64,000 bases of DNA from Heptranchias perlo (Eukaryota): the NCBI RefSeq assembly GCF_035084215.1, contig NC_090352.1, forward strand, positions 30,318,001-30,382,000. The letters are read 5' to 3'. A program made the position numbers and the translations under genes. A model generated the notes under the pieces. The model was not told the origin of the DNA. It made no database searches and saw only the letters and a program-made list of their open reading frames with translations. Below, one piece after another: positions 12,001-22,800 of the stretch. How positions within the stretch are numbered: position 1 is the stretch's first letter; each line of letters begins with the position of its first letter.

Positions 12001-14638
12001 AGCTGAGAACTGACAGAATCTAGCAGAAAGGCAGTCGGATTTGAGTGACGGGTCACAGGACTCAAAACCTATAACCTGCTTTAGTAATGAATGCCACAAA
12101 GGCTGTTGGCAGACCAGTCAACTATACAGTATATCTAATGAAGTAACATGGTTATACGTTGTACAGGAGAGCGTGTACGAGAGCTGCCTGTGTTTGGAGA
12201 GCTGGAGGGAATTTTCCTGGTTGGTGTTATTGACGAGCTATGTTATAATTCCAAGGGTGAACTGGAATTGCGTGAACTGAAAACACGTGGTCAGCAAACA
12301 TTTCCCGGTGCAGCCCAAAGAAAGAGTCATCACTTACAAGTAAGTGGGTGGGGCAAGAATAATTTGGAATGGATTAAAACCCTAAAAATCAGTTTTGTAT
12401 TGGACTCACTCTATTAAAATATTCCCATCAAGTTTAACATTCGGAACAAAAATTACTGGTCATTCCAAGACCTCGCTGGAAGGCATGCCCTGTTGTGTTG
12501 ATAACGTGTATAGCACCGGGTTAGATTTGTACCACTCTATATAGGATCGAATCTACACGGCACTAACTCTACAGTTCAACAATGTCCATGGGGACTTTGT
12601 ACTTCAGAGCGAATTCGAAGTTCATATTTTGGGAGTATTTTCATGGACTTTTCCGTCTGGCTTAGTTGGCAGCACTCTCCCCTCTGGGTCAGAAGGTTTT
12701 GGGTTAAAGCCTCACACCAGGACTTTAACACACAAACAAGGCTGATAGTCCAGTGCCGTAATGTGGGTGCACTGCATTGTTGGAGGTGCCTTCTTTCAGA
12801 TGAGATGTCAAAACGAGGCACCATCTGCTTGAACCAATGGTTCAGGTAGACATTAAAGATCTTTTGCCAAAAACATAATAATCTCTATCTTTACTGTTAC
12901 GCTTTTGGCTCCATTCTACCCTTCTTACTCCAGATTTCTTTGGTTTCTGTAGTTTTAGATCACTCTCATAGGTGATTCGTAACTCCCTGTGCCTTTGAGA
13001 GTGTCTTCGCTTGTCGTCTTATCTAAATAAGTGTTCAGTAATATTCCCAAAATAACAAACAGAACAAACTCCCTGTTAATTGTTTAGCTACTGGAAATTA
13101 TCTTGTGCCTCCTCAAGATGATTCTTCAAAAGCGACAGAGCATCACCTCAGACCTCGTTTTAGGTTTATTAAGAGAATTTATTAATCAAACTATTAACAA
13201 ACCATTCTATAACAATAGTATAATATATACAGCAGAAATTCTATTATTTAGATCCTTGAAAGGAAAACAGTAAAAGGAAACCATTTATACCTTAAGGTAT
13301 TCTTTTATAGATTGTGCACAATTCTTTTTTTGTAATCTTTTCTACCTGTAGGAGCTATAGTCTATATTATCTTTCTGTGCAGATTCCAATCGGCGTGATA
13401 AAAATCCACTTAGGATTTGCAGGCTTTGATATCCATCGATCGGTTGCTAGGATTTGTTGGATTTAAATGACGTGACACTCAGATTCAAAAATAATTGTCT
13501 GTTATACTCATAACTGAACCAATTAGACTGTGTGTGTATTTGAAATATGTGGCTTGGTTTCTCTCTCAGGCCTGTAACCTTGGAAACCAATTGAAAAACC
13601 TCATATCATTTGTATCAATATGGGCTGGCTTTTAAACACTTAAGTATTGTTACTGAATTAAAGAGACAGCTACCAGATTCAAATAAGACAGAACTGCTTA
13701 ATTTTTGTCTCACTGACCAGTATTCCTCCCTCAACCAATTTCTCATTACTGATTGTGGGACATGACTGCTGGAGAATTGGGCTGCCGTATTTGTCTACAT
13801 GACAGTTCTTACACTCTTTAAAAAGCGAAATCCTGATGTTTCAATGACATAACCCACTATTTAAATGCAAGTATTTCTTTCTTTGTGCTGTTGTGTTCTG
13901 CATAAATCACATGTCCAGCAAATTGAGTGCCAGTAAGCCTTGCGACATGATCTTGCTCCTGTTCAATTGGGAGGAAGTTGTGGGTTGCTGTTATGTCACT
14001 TTGTTTCATGCTTAATAACCCTTGCACAATCTATGCAGCAATACCAGGGAGCCTGTAATGAGCTCCAGTATGTGAAATGAATAGCAAGCAGATGTTGGAG
14101 TAATGTTGTCTCTGCGATACATAGATTGCATAGCTATCATCTAGTAAAACTAAATACCTTTTATCACCAGGTCATTGTATACAAACTTCTCTTTGAGGCT
14201 ATGATCAAAGGCCAGCTGAACAAGGACACCATCACTCACCATCTTCACTTACGGACAGAGCAGACCTTTGGGTCAGAGGTTATGGTGCAAGCTCAGAAGG
14301 TGGGATTTACCATAAACACATTTGGTGACCTTCTGGATTTAATGTTGTTAAACCTGACATACTCGGAGATCCCTACCATCGACATCATGAAGATAGAATA
14401 CTGTTACCAAGCAGATGCCTCTGTGATCGGAACAGAAGTGGTGTGCTTTGAAGAGGAGAAGGTTAAAAGGGAGCTGAAGTATTACTGCTCCTTCTGGAAG
14501 GGCCAAAGGGAGGCCCTGGGAGTGGATATTGAGGAGGCGTGGAAATGTCGATCATGTGACTTTGCAGACATTTGCGAGTGGAGAAAGAGAAAAGCTGAAG
14601 AAGCTACACAGAAGAATCGAGCAAATCAAAGCAAATGA
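6008..14638 (+). CDS. EXO5: Exonuclease V (EXO5/DEM1), ~398 aa; coding exons 6008-6095, 8876-8972, 9457-9722, 11620-11724, 12167-12339, 14171-14638
   Basis: The spliced ORF stays in frame across all GT-AG junctions (1197 nt). It contains EXO5 motifs [62 protein letters not shown], and the Fe-S cysteines [14 protein letters not shown]. The first two exons are less certain; FEISDAELL resembles the acidic human N-terminus. Confidence 0.93.
6126..6335 (+). mobile_element. Penelope-like element 3' terminus with hammerhead motif, in EXO5 intron 1
   Basis: Flanked by the direct repeat tcaatgataaggca (6112-6125 and 6333-6346). Carries the CTGAGGA-stem-GAAAGCTT core and the same tail as the 17.2 and 62.4 kb copies. 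Confidence 0.75.
6208..6248 (+). ncRNA. Minimal type I hammerhead ribozyme motif (PLE-associated)
   Basis: Stem I atttac/gtgaat, core CTGAGGA, stem II GGAGG-aag-CCTCC, GAAA, and a palindromic AGCT in place of stem III. Confidence 0.65.
9969..10452 (-). mobile_element. CR1/HER1-type LINE 3' fragment (young)
   Basis: ORF 10092-10490 encodes the CR1 RT C-terminus ([40 protein letters not shown]) followed by the typical 3' UTR and tail. Confidence 0.9.
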
Positions 14639-16960
14639 GGATTGTACTCAACTTGTAGTTTTAAACAGGGACCATCACATTTCTCCTCTTGACTCTTAGT
14701 ATGCTAAAGCCAGGGTGCCACACTAGAATGCTAGCACACTAATATCCGAGTGCCTCTCGATAATGCTAGCATGCCAATGCCAGCGTATCACTCGACTGCC
14801 CAGAACACACAGGTGTTTGCTTGACAAAAATGGTTAAATTCATGACAAGCCTTGTTTGCTGCAGAGAAGATTGCTATTAATACTTTACTGCTGCATCACA
14901 GTCCTGTGCTGTCATGTAAAGCAGTTTCCAGCTGTGTTGAATTGAATATATCTTTGGATGTGAAATGCCTCATGATACTGTTATCCGTTAACTTTATGGC
15001 ATTTTGGATAGTGGACTAGGTTTGCCACGAGCTAGTGTTTCTTGCAGTATCAAGCAATGAGATTGCTAGTTCCTTTGTTGAAATTTGTCCAAATGCCTTT
15101 TTTTTTGCATTTAAGAAGAAAACCTGGCCCTTCACATTTTTGGGTGCGAGTCTCCTGACCATGATTAGCTGATGTAAAAGAAAAACTTGCATTTCTGTAG
15201 CGCCTTTCACGACATCAGGACGTCCCAAAGCGCTTTACAGAAAATGAAGTACTTTTGATGTACGTAGTCACTGTTGTAATGTGGGATTATAATTATGTTG
15301 TAATGTACAGGTTATACTAACCGATGTAAGTAGTGATCCAACTTGCATATTTAGAGAAAGTTTACCAAATTCCTCAATTCATAGCTCTTTGCTGTCCTGT
15401 TTAACAGAACTAGAGCTTTATGCACTACAACCCGAGTGTTCTAACTGATATTGTCCAGGGAATCCTGCAATAATCAAGATACCTTCATTATAAATTACAA
15501 GGATGGAGTTTGGAGGGAAAGTAATTTTGTAACTTTAAATGCCACTTAATATGTTTTTCAATCCTCGGTCCCTTTTTTCCCTTCCCTGTTTTGAAAGAAC
15601 TGACTCCTTGGTAAGGCATGGTTTCAGGCATCTACCGGTACCTCATCCAAGTAGCCATTATTCATATGTGAATTATGACACTGGATATCAGCAGGCTATT
15701 CTGTTGGAGCAGGGGCATCACATGCGCACCATTCCCGCTGTCACCCAATGTCCACACACACCCAGCTGGGGTCAATGGATAGTGGGAACTCCAGCACATT
15801 CAACCTTTCCTAACTCTTGCCCGTGAGGCCAGTTGCAGCTTCCCTACTGCTGCTCTGGCTGAGATCAATTAGTTAACTGAACAAAAACTGGGAATTGAAC
15901 ATGGGATTTTCCTGGCGTGGTTCAGCTTTGCACCGGATAAACCCGTGGCGCCATCAGAGAATCCTGGAAAATGATCTTGAAGGCAAAATGCTTCAGGAGT
16001 ATATCTTGGTCTAACTTAATCTTATAATCAGTGCTGGATAGTTATGGAGTTCTAGTCAGAGGGTTTGTATTGTAAATTGTAAAACAGTCCTTTTCAAGCA
16101 GTGCTCTGTCACCGTATGTTGGGGCACCAGCATGTGGTGCCATACAGCGGGGATATCATTTCAATTTCCCCAGTGTTGCTGAATTTCCCCGATACCTGCC
16201 GTCCCGGAAGGGAAGGTTAAAAGAGATTTGTCCATGGGCTGCTATTGTGTGCCATCTGGAGGATGGCACACAAGACCAGCAAAGACAGAGATCTAGGAGT
16301 AGGTCACCTTCCCACTCTTTTGGTTGCAGGAGATACACAGCCTGCGGAAATATGAATGGAGATAAAACTGAGGGGGCAGGGGCCGATATAGTGAAACGAG
16401 AGGTTGATATATCCTGAATGAAAGATTGAGGCCTTGCAGTTACACTGTAGGATATTAACATCTGTAGATATTAACATCCGAATGCTTATTCTGTTCATAC
16501 AAAATTCCTCTATCCAGTATTCTAAAGGAATAATTTAACCCGTTTATTTTAAATGGCAGGAAAAGGAATTTCATATGAACATATTAAGCATTTGCATGCC
16601 AGTATCCCATAGTGTAATTTCAAGGCCTTTGACTTGTTAAAGGAATAAGCTACACTTATTATTAATATAGATATTGCAATATTTTTTAAAAGTTCTAAAC
16701 CAAACCAATACAAAAATGCATAAATTATTTTTTTGATAAAATAGGGTTTATGGTTCTCGCTTTGAAACTCAATGCACTACATAGATATTGCACGTATTGC
16801 ACCTTTACATTTTTTTGCCCTAACCAATCTCTGCTAATATTGTGGTAATGTTTTGTATCCATTCTTCTACCTGGCTTCTTTAGTTTGGAGTATTTTAAAA
16901 GTATAATGGAAAGCATACTTTTTGTGCAGAATCTGCATTAGTCTTTTATAAAACAAAAAT

Positions 16961-16966
16961 AATAAA
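16961..16966 (+). terminator. Probable EXO5 polyadenylation signal
   Basis: AATAAA followed by a GT-rich downstream element (ttgtgtctcttgtggttt). Confidence 0.45.
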
Positions 16967-17220
16967 CACTTTGTGTCTCTTGTGGTTTAGTTAAAAATTG
17001 AATGTTATTTTGCCTGGCTAAAGTGCTGATGTATTCACAGAAGATAATTGTGTTTGCAAAGTTTCCATTGACGGACATTGTATGTCGAATTTTCTTCTTT
17101 TGTAAGGATGCTCCTGGCCTAACTGCAAAAATCTGTAGTTTTAGCAGCATTAGCATGGAAGATATATTTGCTTGTTCCATATATTATTTGCCTCACTGTC
17201 TCCACTTACATTAACATGAC

Positions 17221-17436
17221 ATGATGTGGAGATGCCGGTGATGGACTGGGGTTGACAATTGTAAACAATTTTACAACACCAAGTTATAGTCCCAACAATT
17301 TTATTTTTAATCCCACAAGCTTTCGGGGGCTTTCCCCTTCCTCAGGCCTGAGGAAGGGGAAAGCCCCCGAAAGCTTGTGGGATTAAAAATAAAATTGTTG
17401 GGACTATAACTTGGTGTTGTAAAATTGTTTACAATT
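17221..17436. mobile_element. Palindromic Penelope-like terminus insertion (90-bp perfect arms, no spacer, 36-bp tail)
   Basis: 17257-17346 is the exact reverse complement of 17347-17436. The tail is 17221-17256, and the TSD attaacatgac lies at 17210-17220 and 17434-17444. Confidence 0.8.
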
Positions 17437-17844
17437 AACATGACCGGCAGAGTCAAGTATGCATCCTGGTTTGTTAGGATAAGTGCAACGCATGGCGGAA
17501 CTTCAAACATTCGTGAAATTCCTTTGCCCACTATTTTACTGAGGAGTTAACTCCATCCAAATACACGTATTAGCAAGCAGAGGAACTTAATGCAATTGCA
17601 GTAACGCAATGATGTGCTAATATTGCACAGCACAATTTCATTCTGTTTAAGTCTAAGGTTAGTTATTACATACAAGTGGAGTTAGTGGCAACTTCTTTGT
17701 AATGTAGGCAGCTGCTAAAGGCACATATACAGCCCGCCATTCAATAACATTTCTGGATCCCATGGATGCTTATTACACTGAAATACAAAAGATATCTTTA
17801 ATAAATAATCCATAGCACATTATCGAATATAATTATATAATCGT

Positions 17845-18380
17845 TACAGCACAGAAGGAGGCCTTTCGGTGCATCGAGCCTGTGCTGGCTCTTTGTAAGA
17901 GCAATCCAGTTAGTCCCATTATCCTGCTCTTTCCCCGTAGCCCTGCAAATTTTTTCCCTTCAAGTATTTATTCAATTCCTTTTTGAAAGCCATGATTGAA
18001 TCTGCTTCTACCACCCTTTCAGGCAGCGCATTCCAGATCATAACTACTCGCTGCGTAAAAAAGTTTTCCTCACTCTCTTTGGTTCTTTTGCCAATCACCT
18101 TAAATCTGTGTCCTCTGGTTCTCGATCCATCTGCCAATGGGAACAGTTTCTCTTTATTTACTTTATCTAAACCAGTCATGATTTTGAACACTTCTATCAA
18201 ATCTCCTCTCAACCTTCTCTGCTGTAAGGAGAACAACCCCAGCTTCTCCGGTCTATCCACATAATTGAAATCCCTCATCCCTGGAACCATTCTAGTAAAT
18301 CTTTTCTGCATCCTCTCTAAGTCTTCACATCCTTCCTAAAGTGCAGTGCCCAGAATTGGACACAATACTCCAGTTGTGGC
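17845..18380 (-). mobile_element. CR1-type LINE 3' fragment
   Basis: ORF 17919-18311 encodes QKRFTRMVPG..LRGDLIEVFKIM..FFTQRVV, the CR1 RT C-terminus. Confidence 0.9.
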
Positions 18381-18768
18381 CGATTTATGGTAGACCTGAA
18401 TTCATAACAGCCCCCATTCCTGATGCTTATCCACTGAGCCCAGCTGAAAAGTGCACGTGTACATCAGGAAAGAGTGTAATATCGCCGAGCAGTTGCTTTG
18501 AAAGACTTGAAGTTATTGTATCGCTCCTGACTAGTTGAGCAATGATGACACTCAAAATGTGATTCTAAAATATGTTATGCAGGGAATCTACATCTATAAA
18601 CAAGAACATATCCTGTAATCGTAGCAGTATACTATAATAGAGCCCAGAAATAAACTACTTTTTTTATGAATGGAGAAGAGTTCACATCATCATGTAGCAC
18701 TTTATACTTTTTATTTAAAAATTTAATTTGATTCGGACTGAATGCTACTATCTTAGTGCTCATGTCAC

Positions 18769-19445
18769 CAGGGATGGATTAAAGCACAGGCCTGTGCCCA
18801 GGGGCCCCAGCCAAGTATGGGGTTCCTGGTAACGTTCACCATAATGCAGAAAAACTACACACAACCACTAGATCAGAATATTCTTTAGTATTTAGAAATA
18901 CTGTCAGAAGGGGCGAAGCATTGTTGGCAGAATACTGACAATGTATAAACTTTCTACGGGCCTATTTCTCCATACATTTTACAACAACAACTTGCATTTA
19001 TATAGCGCCTTTAATGTGGTAAAACGCCCCAAGGCTCTTCACAGGAGCATTATCAAATTTTGACACCGAGCCAGATCAGGAGATATCAGGACAGGTGAAT
19101 GAGATTGGTTTTAAGGGGCGTCTTAAAGGTGGATAGAGAGGCGGAGAGGTACAGGGAGGGAATTCCAGAGATGGCAGCTGAAGGCACGGCCACCAATGGT
19201 GAAACGATTAAAATCGGGGATGCGTTAAGAGGCTAGAATTGGAGGAGCGCAGAGATCTTGGAGGGTTGTAGGAGGTTATAGAGATAGGGAGGGGTGAGGC
19301 CGTGGAGGGATTTGTAAACAAGGATGAGAATTTTAAAATCCATTTTTAAAAATGTTAGTGTTTGTGTTTTAACGTGTTTGGGGTTGTAGAGAGGCCCCAT
19401 ATGTTTGTGGTGCACAGGGCCCCAAGAATTCTTAATCGGGCTCTG
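18769..19445. mobile_element. hAT-like non-autonomous DNA transposon with a nested L2 fragment (~18984-19340)
   Basis: Imperfect terminal inverted repeats (TIRs) CAGGGATGGATTAA / TTAATCGGGCTCTG, with 8-bp flanks catgtcac / cacatcac. The internal segment is homologous to the L2 3' end at 61663-62060. Confidence 0.65.
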
Positions 19446-19792
19446 CACATCACAGGTAAACAACTTCCCTGGTTTGCTGAAGCCTGTTCTCCCTTTTCCC
19501 CCCTCCCCTCACTGTTGCCCCCTTCCTCTCCCTCTCCACTCACCCTGCCCCATTGTTTCTCCATGCCTCCCTCAATATTTCCCCCCTTTCCTTCCCACCC
19601 CTCCTCTGACCATTGCGCCTTGCCTCCTTCACTGTTCCCTCTCACTTCCCCATTCCTCCTCCAAACCTTACTTCCCTGCCCCCTCATGCGGCCAGTTGCC
19701 AGCAGCCTTTCATTCCTCTCTGCAGTGGCAATCATCGAAACTGATACTTCTTTCAAACTGAAAATTACCAGAAACTTCCGCATTAGATTCAC

Positions 19793-19804
19793 GAAACCGA
19801 AAGT
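19793..19804 (+). promoter_or_regulatory. ISRE / IRF-binding element upstream of the tapasin-family gene
   Basis: GAAACCGAAAGT fits GAAANNGAAA and lies 65 bp before the ATG. Weaker GAAA repeats occur at ~19737 and ~19755, and a GAS-like TTACCAGAA at 19765. Confidence 0.7.
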
Positions 19805-19868
19805 GTAACCGGCCAACCCCGATATTCCCGGTGATCCGGAATTACAGCGCGCAGAATAAGAATCCACC

Positions 19869-22800
19869 ATGTTTTTGAAGATATTCCTTTTGCACTTTTG
19901 GATTCTTGCTGCCGGTAAGACGATCAGAAGCTTCCAAGCCAAAGGAGCAAAACTGATATTTATTTAATGATTGTATTTGTGTTTGAAATCGGCCGCTCAA
20001 GGGATGCTTCCAATATGAAACTAACAACGCCCATGGGATCCTTGTAATGCAAGCACAGGATAAAATGAAACGTTGATTTGGGTGGCATAACTGCATCGTT
20101 AGGCTCCAAGTAATAGCATGTTATTAGTCTCCAAAAGGGCCGCACTGAATATAAAAACACTATCAACACGCAAGGGCAAGTCAGAGCACCATCAACATAC
20201 GGTGTCAATGAGTTGAGAATAAGATGCTCCTTGGGACTCATCCCCCTTCCAAACAAACCTGCAAACCCGGGGCGGGGTTAAAGGATTAGAAACCCACATT
20301 CAATCCTCCCGGTAAAATGCACCTGAAAACGGCCAATGCGATAAAAATTCCTCTGCTCATTACGTCTTACGACCTTGTAAACTTGTTTTGTGAAGATTTC
20401 CTCTGGAAATTTCCTCAGAGGGGTTGTACTGACCCCTCTGAGGCACAAGGTTGTACTCGAGCACATAATTAAGGCTGACACCAGAGTGCAGTGCTGAAGG
20501 AGTGCTGCATTGTCACAGGTACTGTGCTTTCCATGAGAAATAAAACTGAAAACCCCATTCAGCTGCCAGAGGTTCAGCTAGATGTTGAAAGATCCAGTAG
20601 TACTATTTAAAGAAGAACAGAGTTCTCCCTGGTTTCATGGCCAGCATTTATCCCTTAATCAACATCACCAAAAACAGATGAACTGGTTGCCGTTTGTGAG
20701 ATCTTGCTGTCCGCAAAATGGCTGCAACACTCGCCTACGTAAGAACAATGACCACACTTCAAAATAATTAACTACATATGAGGCAAAGTGGGGGATGTTT
20801 CTGAGACATGTGATCAGGTGCTATATAAAGGCTTCTTTTGTCTATTGAAATCATAAACACTTTCCAAGAGAATGCATTTACAATGTTACTGTGTTTACAA
20901 TGTGTATCCTCATAAACATGTTCACTTAGCATGTATTTACGATTTCACTAGAAATATTAATCTGAGGAGGACTTCACAATTGTATGTACCATGTTCCTAC
21001 ACACAGTGACCCATACGTCTTTTAATGCCTGGAGTCTGAGTTCCAATCTAGTAAAGACTGAGGGAATAAAGTTTACTTCTCTCTATAAAGGTCTTATAGC
21101 AAATATGTTTGGCCCCAAGCTCTCAGCACCAGACTCACCATGATTTGGGACTAAAGACTGGCTGCTGTGGGAAATGGAAATTTCACACTTGTGCAGTAGG
21201 AGGTGCTTTCCTGAGGTTATGAATAAATCGTGTTATTGGGCCGACGTCATGGGAGCTTTAATCGGCTTCACACTCAATGCTATATCTAACCTGGGGGTAT
21301 TTGATGAAGCCATGGGGTACAAAAAAGGAAAATGCACCATTTCATCAGTACATGATGAATGCAAAGATTACCAACATCAATTCCTTCTTATTTATTTTTC
21401 CAAATTCTCTTGCACCTCCTGAAGAGGTTACTTTTTTTCTTGGGATTGATCTATGGACATTGGCAGCCTTCCGGTACCTGCCAAATGCCTATTCTTTATA
21501 TGTGAGCCCAGACAGTGAGTATCAAAGGCTATTTGATCATTGCAGCTAATCCCGTTGCTGTGCACCAGGGAGCAATAGATAGCAATCATTAGCAGAAAGA
21601 CTTGTTGATTTTCCTCCCCACTACCTTAGGGACTCTGAGGGCAGTTGTATCATCCCAATTACTGCCCAGGCACCTTATGGTCTTTGCCTTAGTACTATAA
21701 AAAGGATGCATTTAACCAGTCAGCCACTGGAGGGAGTTCTCCTTCGTATTTCTATTGGTTTTGACATCAGTGTTTTAGTAAATGCAAATCAGGAGTTTGA
21801 ACCTTATATTTGTGATGGGAAATGTTTAACTGAATAGGAGTGAAACACATCAAAGGGACTCTGTGCACTGGTTATAGAGATCTAGGAGTTTTGGTTGGAG
21901 ATTCTCTGTGGGATTGTGGTCCAAATGGACTGGATTTGCAGTGTAGGACAGTCTGGTCCAAAGTTTTTGAAGCCTAGCCTAACTACAACTGGATCTGATC
22001 TGTCGAGACCAGTTCATACTATGTTAGGGTTGAGGCTAGCTGGACCGCACCCAATATTATAATCTAACAGTATTATACATAGACACTTGGATTTAAGACT
22101 GCCCTAATTGCAGGAATAACAAGCAATCTTATCAGCAGACAGCGAGTTAGCTTCAGCATATAACCAAATAATTGAATACTTTTACAGCAGAGCAAAACCC
22201 CAGCTAATATTCTCAAGTTCCACAATCTTACTCTGAAATGGAAAATTGCTTGTTAAAAACTGGACAAATACTTTCAAATTGCAATTTATGTTTTTGAATT
22301 TTAACTTGTAGGCCACTGCAAGATTAAATTACTTGGAGGAGATGGGAGTTAAGAGTTTGATTTTTCAGTGAAGCTGCTGTGTAATGTGCGGAGTGACTGT
22401 TTCCATTCTCTGATAAAATCTTTCTTTGACACTCCTTCATTCCTTTTTTTTTTAGGAATTGTGCAGGCACAGAATGGACATACAATCCCAAACAGAAAGG
22501 TGGACTGCGTGTTTCTAGAAGAGAAACAAAATGAAGAGGCTCATGTGTTTGGGCCCATAATCACCAAGAGGAAGGCATTACTGTTGTTTGGTGATATCAA
22601 TACAAATGAGGAGGCCATTACTTTTAAAGTTAAAGGTAATGTGAAAAGATCAAGCGCATCAGTAAATTAATTTTCTGTGGCAAGTACCTTCTATAGTCAG
22701 GGTGACCGTTCAAAATGGTTTACCCTAAAATTGCTTGTAATAGAAACACCAACCGTGATTATTCCCATGGCACTGCTCATGGTAAATCAGACGATTAATT

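Noticed and set aside
19355-19942. Overlapping 118-195 aa ORFs
   Set aside because: They arise from the low-complexity C/T-rich tract and contain no recognisable domain.
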